64,000 bases of DNA from assembly GCA_051362555.1 (NCBI GenBank), contig CM120640.1, positions 33,561,967 through 33,625,966 of the forward strand. Reading direction: 5' to 3'. A program made the position numbers and the translations under genes. Below the pieces are notes generated by a model. The model was not told the origin of the DNA, searched no databases, and saw only the letters and a program-made list of their open reading frames with translations. Positions 39,109 through 51,293 of this stretch are shown piece after piece (within the stretch, counting starts at the first letter, position 1; every line of letters begins with the position of its first letter). The stretch comes from Lingula anatina. Taxonomy: Eukaryota > Animalia > Brachiopoda.

Positions 39109-41085
39109 TTTTTTTTACCTGTGAGGCATATGACGTTTCGATCTTTCATCAAAAATTAGCCCTACATCTTTATAGTAGATCTTCAAAGATGCATCATTAT
39201 GATAACTTGTTTGTTTCGATCCTTCATCGAAGGGCCTTGATCTCTATAATCACTATCATATGGCTTTGATTGAGCTGATTGCACTTAATGTGAGTCCCTG
39301 CAAAGTTGGGTCGATCTATGTAGACCGATGGTGTCTATGGGAATGGGTCTTAAATTGGTAGGTGTAATTTTTGCATATTTCCACTACTAATAAGCCTAAT
39401 AAGGCTACTAAAAATGCATTTCCGTCATTATGTCGCAGATTACACCAAAGATAAGAATAATCTCCTGTGAAAATGGTTGTAGGGGCCTACATCTTTGGCC
39501 TAGTTCTATATAAATCCCGTTCATCTCAAATTCCAAGAAGCATAGTAGCATTTTGGGAATTTGAGAAGTACTAAACGACCTTTGAATGTGGCTGCATATT
39601 TCCACCTCTCTGGTCACTGGGAAATTTAGTTGCTGTTATTTTGTTGAAGGTGAGAACTTTTGAAATACACTAGAAGAAAAAAATGATCTTCTATGAAAAA
39701 TGCACATTTATCGGACTACATATGTATGAAAAGAATCTCATAGGCTAAATCTTCAATCCGAAGGCGCATAGGCCTAAGCAATGCTGTGAAGCACTAAAAG
39801 ACCCTTCAATGACGAACGGGATTATACTAAATAAATATAGTAACAGAACTTATACATAGGTCTAGAATATTAAAGCCCTAAAACCACACGGAATTAGTCT
39901 TCCCTGGATATACGTGTAGATAAAGAGCAATACATAATAGGATACAGTTATAGTCTAAGTATCGTGCTAGTTTAAAGCCTGTTTTGCCGTTCTCTGAAAA
40001 GTGATGAGAAAAACCACTCAGGAGGAGGAGAGGGAGGGAAATTTTGCCTCGGGGAGTGGGGGTGGGGAGCAATCAAGTTTGAAGTTCACGGTCGAAATCC
40101 AATGCATTCAGCCGAATTCTTTTTAAACTATGGACAAGTATGATGTTTCCATATCTATTTTTCTAAAGGCTTAATTAAAGCTATGAGTGTTGTTTAAATA
40201 TATTTTAGAGTATCGGGTAGGAAGAGAAAAAGGTATTAAAATCTACCAGAAAATTTCTATTAGAATATTTATTCTATTACTGATGTTACATTTGAAACAC
40301 AGAAACACGATTTCTTGGAAGAATCACAAGTAGGACCTACAAGTACTGGGTAGGCCTACAGCGTGAATATTTCACCTTGTCCATTTATTTTAAACATTGT
40401 ATCAAAACGTAATTCCTAAATCTGATTTTTTTTTAATACTGAGGAAGTTTTATTCTGATAGATCTAGCATATCGAAGACATCAATAACAAAACTACTACT
40501 TGCATTAAAAGGAAAAGTTTGTTAGAAGACACAAACGAAACGATATAGCAATGGGTGGATCATGCTATTTTAAAGCTCTTGTTGAAATTGTTGAATGGAG
40601 TTCCCACGTTTATAAGCGTTTTGATAAGTTCCTTAATTGGGTCTGCACCTAGAAACGCACGTTTTGAAAGATTTCCGATTCTCGTGTGGTATACTGTCAC
40701 GTACAGTACTGCACGGAAGACTGTCACCAACTGCACGTTTGTGAGTGTTAGAAAATATATTCCGGAAGTACACTCTTTTACATAGAAGATACGAAACTTC
40801 AACGTAGCAACAAACCTCTTCACTTTGCGGAATAATAATGCCTAAGAATAAATAACAGTTGGGTGGAAATAACAAAAATTAATGCATATATTTATTAGAA
40901 ATCAAATAAAATAATGTCTTTTATATATCTGAGGTTTCTTTCGACTATTTACGAAAGTTCAGCAGGTGCTTCAGAGGATTATTCTTTAGGGGACATGTAC
41001 ACCGTTGTTTTGGTGGGCTGTTATAAGGTTCATTTGACTTGGTCCATCTGATTTAGTAGACGTGCCAGGTTATCAAATAGTCAAA

Positions 41086-42578
41086 ATGAGTGAAGCCACT
41101 TCCTATAGGTTTGAGGTCAATACAGAGAATAAGAGTTTACAGAAAGCTCTTCAGAGACAGCAGGAAAGAATCAAGGTGGGTTATGGCAAGGATGGATTTG
41201 AACGTCCACTCCGGTTGCACCGAGATAGATACTCAGTACTGTACCATTAAGTGGCTATGTAATGTGCTAAGTGTCAGTGCCATTGGAATTAATGTTCAGC
41301 TAAGACCAAGAGATCATCCCAAAGCACTTCTTCTGTTTATGCGTCTTTTTAAAATATTGACTGTTGTACCAGAGTCTGAAGTTGTAGGTTAGGTTAAGAT
41401 GGTAATGAAATCCAGTTCCTGCTTGCCATTAAAAGTATATTTTTCCCTTTGCCTCTTAACACTGCTGATAAGCCAAGGGTTTTTGTCATTGCCTGGGAAA
41501 ATCGGCCCTCCTATCAACGAAATATGTGGGGATTAAGCATCCCTTAAGTTACATCCTGGCATCCAGTAATCCCACCATACATAGGATAAATACGAGTAGG
41601 GCAGTTTCAAGAATGCACCATAGCATCTTCGTTTTCACATTTTGAAAAAATATTCGTTTAAAAATTTTTTTTTGAACCATGGTTTTCCTTAAGAAGCATC
41701 ACATCACATTATTTCATTGAATTTCTCCTATGGCTTGCTAAAATGTTGTTACCTCTATTGTAGAATGATGAACTAATGGCAGCACGAGAAAAGACTGTGA
41801 AATTGTAAGTATTCTTTTAAATAAAATTTACCGTCTTTGTTTCTTTAATTTCCACATACACTGTCAATGTATGTTATTTATGATGATTTTCAGTCACATC
41901 AGTATACAAGAGCCATGCTGATTATTTATTTTAATCATGTACCAGATTTTATGGTACCACAATGTAAAAAACATAATAAGTGTCATGAAGCAATATAAAT
42001 GGCACTTGATTAAAAAAAATCACACACATACACATATAATTAACATTTTGTTATTCACATAGGGAGAGTGAGGTGAACCAGAGAGCAGACTGGGATGAAG
42101 GTTTGGAAGCTGCCAGTGAAAGGAAAAGAATAAAACACAGCATAGAGAGCATGCAGGGAGAGCTCCTTCTGGCACACAAAGCTACAATTAGTGTAAGATA
42201 GCAGGAGCTAACAACTTGCTAGAATATTTGTGACAATCTTGCCAAAGCTTTTAAAAAAGCTGTTAAAAAGATTATGCATTTGAAAGAGCAATCATGTTTG
42301 TTTTGTGTCTGAATGTGTTTTAATACTGCACTTGGGCTTGAAAGGTTTAATCACTTAACAAAAAAAAAAAAAAGATATTTTTTCATATTTTCTAAAGGCA
42401 CACTGGTTACTAGTTCCTTTAACAGAAAAATGCTCATTCAGCATTTGGTAATCTGGTGATTTTGGTTTTATTTCAGGTGAGAAGAGAGGCATTAAAACAA
42501 CAACTTAAAAAAGACTATGAACAATATCAACATGAACTGAACATGATGGGTAAAACATTTTACGTGCAAAGAATTTAG
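41086..42578 (+). CDS. CFAP141: Cilia- and flagella-associated protein 141 (C1orf189 homolog), 4 exons, about 120 aa
   Basis: Exons 41086-41175, 41764-41804, 42063-42192 and 42477-42578, all GT-AG and phase-consistent. The C-terminus MQGELLLAHKATISVRREALKQQLKKDYEQYQHELNMMGKTFYVQRI* matches my recollection of human C1orf189 (..[33 protein letters not shown]). Confidence 0.88.
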
Positions 42579-44364
42579 TGAATCCTTATGTTTGGGAAGA
42601 AACTATCAAAATTGGAAAACTGTTATCTATAATGAAAAACAAAGTATAAAAAATGTGAAAAAGAGGATAGGAGAACATCAGGCCACTCAAGGAATAAGCT
42701 GTGTGGATTTATGCAGTATTCAACTGGATTTCCTGAAGATAAAATACCTTTTTTGGAAAATCTAAGAACTATCATACTTCATTTCTGCATCAGGATATAC
42801 ATTTTATGTAAATAGTTTTCTTAATTTTTCTAAATGTCATTAAATTTAAAAAATGCAATCAAATGAAACAATAGCAAGCTATTTGTTGTCAGTGGTGAAT
42901 AAGTTTTAAAATAAACTGACATGCACATCACATTTGCAAATTTTCAGTTTATTCTTTGGGGATAATCTTTACATGAATAAGTCATTATAGGAAAATATAT
43001 TCCAATCTAGCATACTTCTGTTAATGGATGGAATTGACCCTGTCAGTAAAACTTATTATAAAATGAGTTTAAAAAGGAATAAACCAAATAAGGAATTTAT
43101 TTCACTATGAAAAAGGCACTAGAGGATCAGAATGTTGCAAAAAAGCAAAGAAACATCAATACACAGTGTGCATGCTGATTGCGTTTATTATTCAGTGGTG
43201 CCATAATGATACAATTGCTCTTTAAAAGCCTTAAGCAAATCACAAAAACTGGGAAGTAATAAAACCCTGGAAGTATTTTGGTAAGAACAAACAAACAAAC
43301 AAACAAACAAAAAAGGAATATATTTCAAAAGAATATTCGTCAAAACATAGGTAAACTAAGATAATGGGTAATGCTAACAATAGAGACTGGAATGTTTTTA
43401 TTATTTACTAAACTACAGATTTCCTCACTTTCACTGCCACTGAGGGAAAAAGTTAATTACCTTCTTACTATGCATATTACATAATACATGTCATAATGGT
43501 AAAAATTTAAGATAATTTATCTAAAAAATTTTGCATTATCCTCAGTGATATTTACAAAAGTCAAAACATCTCAGGTACCTTACAATAAAAAAAAAGTTTG
43601 TGCATACATAAAATAATTAAGCAACAATAAACACTTCACAAGGCTAGCATAAAAAAATAATACATAGAAATGTACAAATACTTGCAGAATGTGGAACATG
43701 ATCCACTTATATTGCCATAAAAGTATAATGTTCTTCAGCTGGTAAAACAATAATTCCTACGACAGGAAAGAGAGATATTGCAAATCTGACAGATAATACA
43801 TTATTTTCAGTTTTCTATCATCAATTCAATCTTGCTCATAAAATCTTAATCAACTTTTTTCATCAATTAATGTCTAAATTAGTCACCATCAGTACAATGA
43901 TGAAACACTACCTAAATATTACATCCAAGGGTTAAAATATCATTCATTTCTTTAATAAAATAACGAATCACCAGCTACCATTTATATCTTAAACCTAAAT
44001 TTACTAAATATTTGTGCTTCATAAGTCTGGGTGATCTTTGAAACATAAAGCTTTGGACAATACAGAGTTTTGGACGTGTCTCTTATCACCTATTAAAATA
44101 CAACAGTTTCTCTTCATCTCTTTTGAGCAATTTTATTTACTAGTATCTAATTCACATTTCAACTTCAACGACCTTGGCAAAAAACAGCAAGCAATGGCAC
44201 AGCTGCCATTCAGGGTTGGTTAACATAACAACAAAAGAAATTAAAACAAAAAAAAAAATATACCTAAATCAACAAATTTTCTACTTTCCCTGTGTAATTT
44301 ATTCATAGAAAAAAATCACAGCAAATTCCTATCACATCTATACAGAAGGCTGTCCAAAATGAAT

Positions 44365-47300
44365 TTAGAAAATATAATTATCAAAGGTACTTGTGAGGTT
44401 AGTGGTGAATGTCCACTTTGGCATCTTGTTCAGGAATTCTATAAGCTCTTTGGTCTCTCTGTACTTCTCATGCACATGATGGGCTGCTATGGCTATATCA
44501 ATGAATCCCTTGTCAGCAGGATGGTCAGCTGTTATCTAAGGTACAGACAAAAAATTTAATCAGCTGAATATCAAAATATGTGGTGAAATTTACCTAAGAA
44601 ATAAAAAATGTCATTATGTTAATCATTGCCGTCTTTTACGGATGCTGTGAGTGTGTGCATGTGTGTGTGTGTATGTGTGTTAGAGTATACAGTTGTGTAC
44701 ATGAGGAACATACTAGTAAAGAAAGTAAATTTGAGTAACCCACTGCACTTCATAATATATAACAAATATAACCCAGCACAGCAGCACAGTATATTTACCT
44801 CCAATTCAATCCAGAACTGGTATGGCTTCTTTGGTTTAGTTCCATATGAGTAAAACACAAAGTAGTGGTCTCCCTCTGCTTCTGGAGGCATGGAGCATGG
44901 CAGTGGATTACCATCACCCATGGACCACTTGACCAGGTGGGACCATGGTTTAGGTTGGAAAAATATGGTCATATGATCTGGACCTATGACAAAATAAAAA
45001 AATTAATTAACCAAAAACCGTTAGGACTATATGCCTATGTCTTTTATGTTTCACTGTACATAGACAAGCTTTATTAACAAACATTATAAACAAATGCTAA
45101 TAAGTTTTTTTTTTATTTTTTTCGTTTGAAAGTATACAAGGTCCTACGAAAAATTAAAATGTATAAATGTATTGCAAACTAAAATTCTTACATTTGAAAT
45201 GTACAATTCTACTGGGCTATATACTTAAAAGCATATCATCATATTTTTTCCATTAGGTGGGACAATACAATAAAATTTAAGACATAGAATAAGGATTTGT
45301 CAATTAATCCAATCTTTTGATTTTCTTTTTAGATAGACTGTACTGATATTCAAAAGCACTTTGCACTCTCAGTACTAGAACTACTAAATTAAATATAAGA
45401 AAATTTTTGATGAATTAATGTCTCAATTATACCATAACTCTTTCACACATCTCCACCTGCCAGAGACACTCATTTTTGTCTTACCTTCAATTTGAAATGT
45501 TAACATCTGCTTGGAGTCACTAAGGTCTTCTCTGGACACCAGCTTAATTTGTCCCCTGGGTGTGTCTTTTAGCTCACCAGAAGGAATGTAGTAGGTTTGC
45601 CTAATATAAACATAAAGCATTTTTGTGTAACAGCTAAAATTCTGCAAATGAAATAACGAAATTGAAACCAAACATTTTGAAATATTCATCTTCAAATTAC
45701 ATCTGAAAAAAAAAAAAAAAAAAAAAAAATTGAAATAAATTTCAAAAGATTCCACAAACACCTCTCACAAAGGAGATGCACAACTCCTTAAAGAGAACCA
45801 GCTGGTTTAAAAAAGTGTGTCTTTTGCTAAATTTTTTCTTTTTGTTTTTTACAGAAACGACACATAAAGCTGCAAATAAATATTTCTAAATTTATCCAAA
45901 ATTTGACAGCTCTTTATAAAATCTTTCAAGTAAAATCTGAAGCATGCTTACTTCATGAGTGTAAGCATGGGATAATAGTAAGGCCAACCACAGTATGGAC
46001 CCTTGCACTCTGCCACAATGCCTTCTTCCAACCTGGGTATCTTGCGTTGCCATGACGACAGGGTGCCAGGTTGATCAAATGGAATGTACCATAACCCTGA
46101 GTCTTTTGTTGAAAGATTTCCTGAGACAGTGTGAAATCTACGCTCTATATGCTGAAATCAAAAATTTGAAATTTTAATAGCAATATCATTAGATGACATA
46201 TCATGTAATTACATGATCAAAACAGTGTAGCATGGGTTGTTTTACTCCAAACTGTAAAAATTCAGGAGTAAAATTATTACACTAGATAAATTAATCAAAA
46301 TTTTTCAATAAGCGTAACAATTGTTGTACTTTTACATGGTTCCTTCTAATAAATCTTTTCCTTATCATAATAAATTGTAGTGCTTGATTTTTGGATCATT
46401 TCATCAGTGCAATGACAAATAATCATTACTTACGTGCAAAACACTCTTTTGTGGAGTGAGCTCTTGATATGGGAAACCAAAGGGAGTAAAAATGACAAGG
46501 AGCAAAGCTATCACAGACATGCTTGTCAGGAGGGACAATATCTTACGAACAGAATGTGTTGTGTAAACCAGTCCAAGCTATAAAATAATAATAATAATAA
46601 TAAATCATTAGGCAATGCAGACAGGGTGTTGCTTTTTACAAATGAATCGAAACAGGACTGACATTTCAGTGCTGTCATATGAAGTAAGGCTTACTAGCCA
46701 CAGCCCTTTGGGGTTCTTGAAACACTTCCACAAAAATGGCCCCCATTTGCTAACAGAATAAATCAGTGACAGTAGTTTAACCCCCTTTTTAGAGTTTGGG
46801 TCCTTTATAATTCCCCATGTGTAAGTGAATATACAATTACTATTTCAAATTCAGACATTCCAAATCAACGTTTTTCTTTCTACAGTCAAATGAAATAAGT
46901 TGCGTGTTGCATTCGGAAAAGACTAAATTCGCTCCATATCGAAACTGCTCAAATGACCTACCTGAAATAACATGCACACTATCACAGCAAACACACTCAT
47001 CCCAGCAACTGCCACGTCTGGGTACACCTCGGTTCCTATCCGCCCCAGGACTGGCACAAACATCTCAAATAACCCATACAGCCCGTACAGTGACATTAGG
47101 TTTGGAAACAGAATAGCCACAAAGTGGAGCAGCATAAAACCAGCCAAGTTACCTTAAAAATGAATATAAAATAACAATAACAATTTTGAAATCAGAAGGG
47201 AATCCATGACTACATTAAAGTTAATGACTGTTGATGGTAGATTGTCTAAAAGGCAGATATTAATTATTTATAAATGTACCTATTCACCATTAGAAATGCA

Positions 47301-50300
47301 TGTTTTTTCCACAATACCCTGACTTGTTTAACTCTACCTTTGGCAGTAATCTTCATAAACTTGGCTAGGTAGCCCCTTATAAGAATAGGTAGCAGTGTCC
47401 ATAACAGGGCAAAGTAGGCTGACCCAAGGCCATTGTAAGTTAGAATGATAAGGAACATGGTCCACACACTAAGACTGGCATCAAAGAATACATCCTCCAA
47501 CTCCCACTCATCTTGTTGGTCCTTCAGAAAATAAACAGAAAATTATTCTGTAAACTACATATTCGATTTAAGGTTCAAGAAATGTTTATCATACTTCTAA
47601 AAATTTGGGTTTTGTGGATATGAAATTGTTTAGTTCCCTGTAATCTGTAGAAAAAAGTTAGTGTAAAAAGAAATATTTGCAACATAATAATACCAAAAAC
47701 ACATGTGATAGCTATTTCAATGTAAAACAAGTTACAGTGAGCGAAAAACCTAAAAGACACTGTTACCTCAAATATCAGAGTCTTGAAGTATGCATGAAGA
47801 GCAATGGAGACAGCTACAGCAGGACAGACATATAACCCCACCACCCAGAGGTGATTTCCATACCAGGCCATGGTGCACTGAGTTGCCATTAGCAATCCTG
47901 CTACACCAATCACTGTGCATACAGCTGCAGCCCAGGACATGAGAATGCACAGCAGAGCTTTCACCAGTGTTGTTACATAAAAGAGGCCATGCAGATCTAA
48001 AAGAAAATGAATAATAACAATATTTCAGTTTTCACATTTTTGGAATTTTTCATAGTAGTTCATACATTTTCCACTAAGAATAATCTGCAGGTAGCTATCT
48101 TACGTGAAATTCAAGTTGCAATTCAGGTCCGCAGATCACTTTAATTTTTTTCATTGATAGAAATTTACAGCCAATAAATTTGCTTTATTACTTATCAATC
48201 AAATGTCTATCACAATGATAAAACAGTTTATGTTTACATATTGACAGGCAGTTTAACTGTAATCACTGCAACAGTAAAAAGAAAAGAAAAAACAATATGA
48301 AAACATACATCAAACTCCGAGAAGTGTCTTACATACAGACTTACTTTTGCTGCTTTCTGAAGCAACTTTCTTTCCAATCCTCCAAAATACTAACAAAACA
48401 GTAAACAAGTTCAGAATTTCCCCCAGCCTTTCTGGATAGGATATCATAAATGTTCCTACAACGTCAAAGAACACCATGTTTCCATGGCGATAGTCACCAG
48501 GGTGTTCAAGGTAAGGAGAGGCCAACAGAGTCTGGATGGTTTTCAAAACATTTTCTCCTAGAATAAAAAAAACAGAATTATTAAAAGAAAAAGGAATTAT
48601 TATTAATTTTCCCTAGTTCAGGATAAATTTGGCCCAAAGTATTTATTTGGCTAATATCTTCATCTATTTGTTTAAAAATGAAGCTCTCGTTACCATACTC
48701 AAATTCAACTAAATTTATTTACATCACAGTTTAAAACATTAAAAAATAATAAATGAATGTAAACAAATAAAATATAATAAGATAAAGAAGTGTCCGCTTA
48801 CCACCTCTCTGCATACATCCTGGAGGCACTTTGTCTGGAGTGTCATGCATTGTATGGTATACATACCCATTAGATATGTAGGCTATATCAATACCTGAAA
48901 TAACATTGTAATAATGACAAATACAGAAATAATCTAACATGGATAAAAGATATGCTTTACTAGTAGAACTGATACTAATCTGATTACTTTTAACTTGAAA
49001 AGACAGCATATGGAAATTTCTATTTTCAAAAAACTACTTGAATTTTTTTTTTTTTTTTTTTTGCAAAGCAGTAGTAATGGATTGTTACCTGGTATGTGTG
49101 CATAGTCCCTGTAGATTCTGAAGTCAGTATCAGATGGGATGATGCCACTTTGAAACACCTCCTGTCCCACAACAGAGGCATATGGGTGATCAGCTGCAGA
49201 GGCATAAGCTTGGATCAACCAGGGGTGCTCTGGACCTGGAGAAGACAAAAACGGTGTTTTGCAAACTAATACTTGTGGATTCCTGATTCATGGTATTTAT
49301 CAGTCTACATCTTAAAATAGTTTTATGCATGCTACAAATTTGACCTTTGTGTACACATTAGTAATTGAAATCAGCATAAAACCTGCACTTATAACACAAT
49401 CAAAGGACTCATTATCATAATCATTGGGGAAAAAATCCTGTAGCCTATCTTCATATGATTACCTGTCTGGAATACCAGTTCTCTTCCACCAGCCCCTGCT
49501 GCCTCCAAGTTGACAAATGCCTTGATACTACTGGCCCATGGATGCTGAGTTATAAATCCATGTGCAGCCTGAAATGGTATTCAAAAATACAATACTGAAA
49601 TGGAAACTCTTAGATGAGCAACAACCACTGCAATGGAAATATCCTCAGGACTGTACATTATCTAGCACTTGGGGTTTTATTCTATCATTACAATCATAAA
49701 ATTATGTACCACACTGTTAATATTGCCAATGTATGCCTCTTCTACACTGCATTCACAAAAGATGCTTAGGCACATGAAAGCATTCAGTAAACTAACTAAT
49801 TTAATCAAGTTAAATTTTCTAAGCAAATCAACTATTGGATCAACCAAAAGAATGTTGAGAGACACACACCTGCAGAACATTTTCTTCAGCTCCATTGAAG
49901 TTGAAAATCAGACTGTGCGGCAGTGACTCGTCCTGCTGAGTTAAGACTTGCAGGATTTCTAACATCACACAACAACTTACTGCATCATCACTGGCACCTG
50001 TATAAGAACATTTAGCTTCCAATTATGAATAAAACTGTTTTACATATTCACTAAGTCTTTTCATATACAAACTTCACATTTCAAATATTTTTACATTACC
50101 TTTTTTAATGCTATCTGACAGAGCAAGGCTTATAAGATAGATATTTTCCATACCTGATAAAAATACACACTTAACACGCTTACCCTTTTACACACACATT
50201 TTTACAGATAGATTAGTTCAATATTATTTTGAAATAGGTCAAATTATGACAATAAATATCTCACCAGGAAAATCCACTGGCACATCATAAAAGTTGCATG

Positions 50301-51061
50301 AGCAATATTGTTATTCAAGAGTTTGTTTGGAGACAGGAAACAATTTCTATTGAATTTTTCACGAGAAGAAGTCTGTTCCTCTCTTGAGAGCATTTGCACA
50401 CATATAAAAAATCTTGAATAAGATTACATACTGACACTAGAATTTTGTGCAACAAAATGCACTGAAAGTGAAACTGAAAACTAGACAGGTTCTCAATCAA
50501 ACACACATTACCTGGACTCCCAATAGCTGTATCATAATGGCAATTTACTAAAAGGCTTGTACCAGTGTCTTCATGAGGCCCCATTTTGACCAAAATATTA
50601 TTTACATTTTCATATACACTTGTAAAATGACCAAGAAATTCAAGAGTGAAAGTCCCTGAGACTGTTTGAACGTCAACATCAAATTTGTGCGCTGGTTTTG
50701 CATTGCTCTTTATCTGGTTCAGTTGTTCTGTGAGGTATTTTACGCTGTGGACTTCATTTGCTTGACTTCCCACCGATCTCTGACCAAAACTTGTAAGTTT
50801 TAAAAGATGCTCCCTAGCTCTTTCTTCGACAAATTCTCCGGGTTTGGCAGTTTTCAAGAATTTCGGTTCTGGATAACTATTGTCAGCAAGGTGTATAAAA
50901 CTAAACAGTACAAAATTCAAGGCAAATACAATAACCCAGACGTACTCCGGAAGTAAAGGCGCCCTTATAGGTCTTTCGTTTCTTTTTTCATACACCCATT
51001 CATCAACAATTTTTGGTGCTTTCTTTGAGGCGGGAACTCTTTTCCTCATGGAGGAATCCAT
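44365..51061 (-). CDS. ERMP1: Endoplasmic reticulum metallopeptidase 1 (peptidase M28, multi-pass membrane), 14 exons, about 885 aa
   Basis: Exons in transcript order: 51061-50512, 49997-49870, 49568-49463, 49235-49089, 48894-48802, 48557-48345, 47996-47767, 47521-47338, 47152-46962, 46577-46434, 46151-45952, 45600-45485, 44983-44799, 44535-44365. They sum to 2658 nt in frame. M28 motifs [40 protein letters not shown] and YHT..D, then several TM helices. Confidence 0.95.
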
Positions 51062-51293
51062 CTTGGGCTGTAACGCACATAATGAATTGATATAATCAAT
51101 AATATTGACTTTTTGATTTATCCAAACAAAACAGAAAAAAGTGGAATTAATTTAAATAAAGTATTTAATATTTCTCCAATTCTACAAAGTACAAATTCAT
51201 TATTTTTGCTAAGAAAAAGAATTCCACATTCTGCTGCGGGCTACTAAAGCTCTCGCGAGAAATAGATCGGCAACGAGAAGTCGGTAATCCAAG
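51062..51293. promoter_or_regulatory. Bidirectional promoter between ERMP1 and ZRANB2 containing the TCTCGCGAGA palindrome (51251-51260)
   Basis: Divergent start codons are separated by only 232 bp. Perfect CGCG element; local CpG enrichment relative to the flanking gene bodies. Confidence 0.8.

Noticed and set aside
40798-40812. RFX X-box upstream of CFAP141
   Set aside because: Only the TAGCAAC half-site is present; too weak to call.
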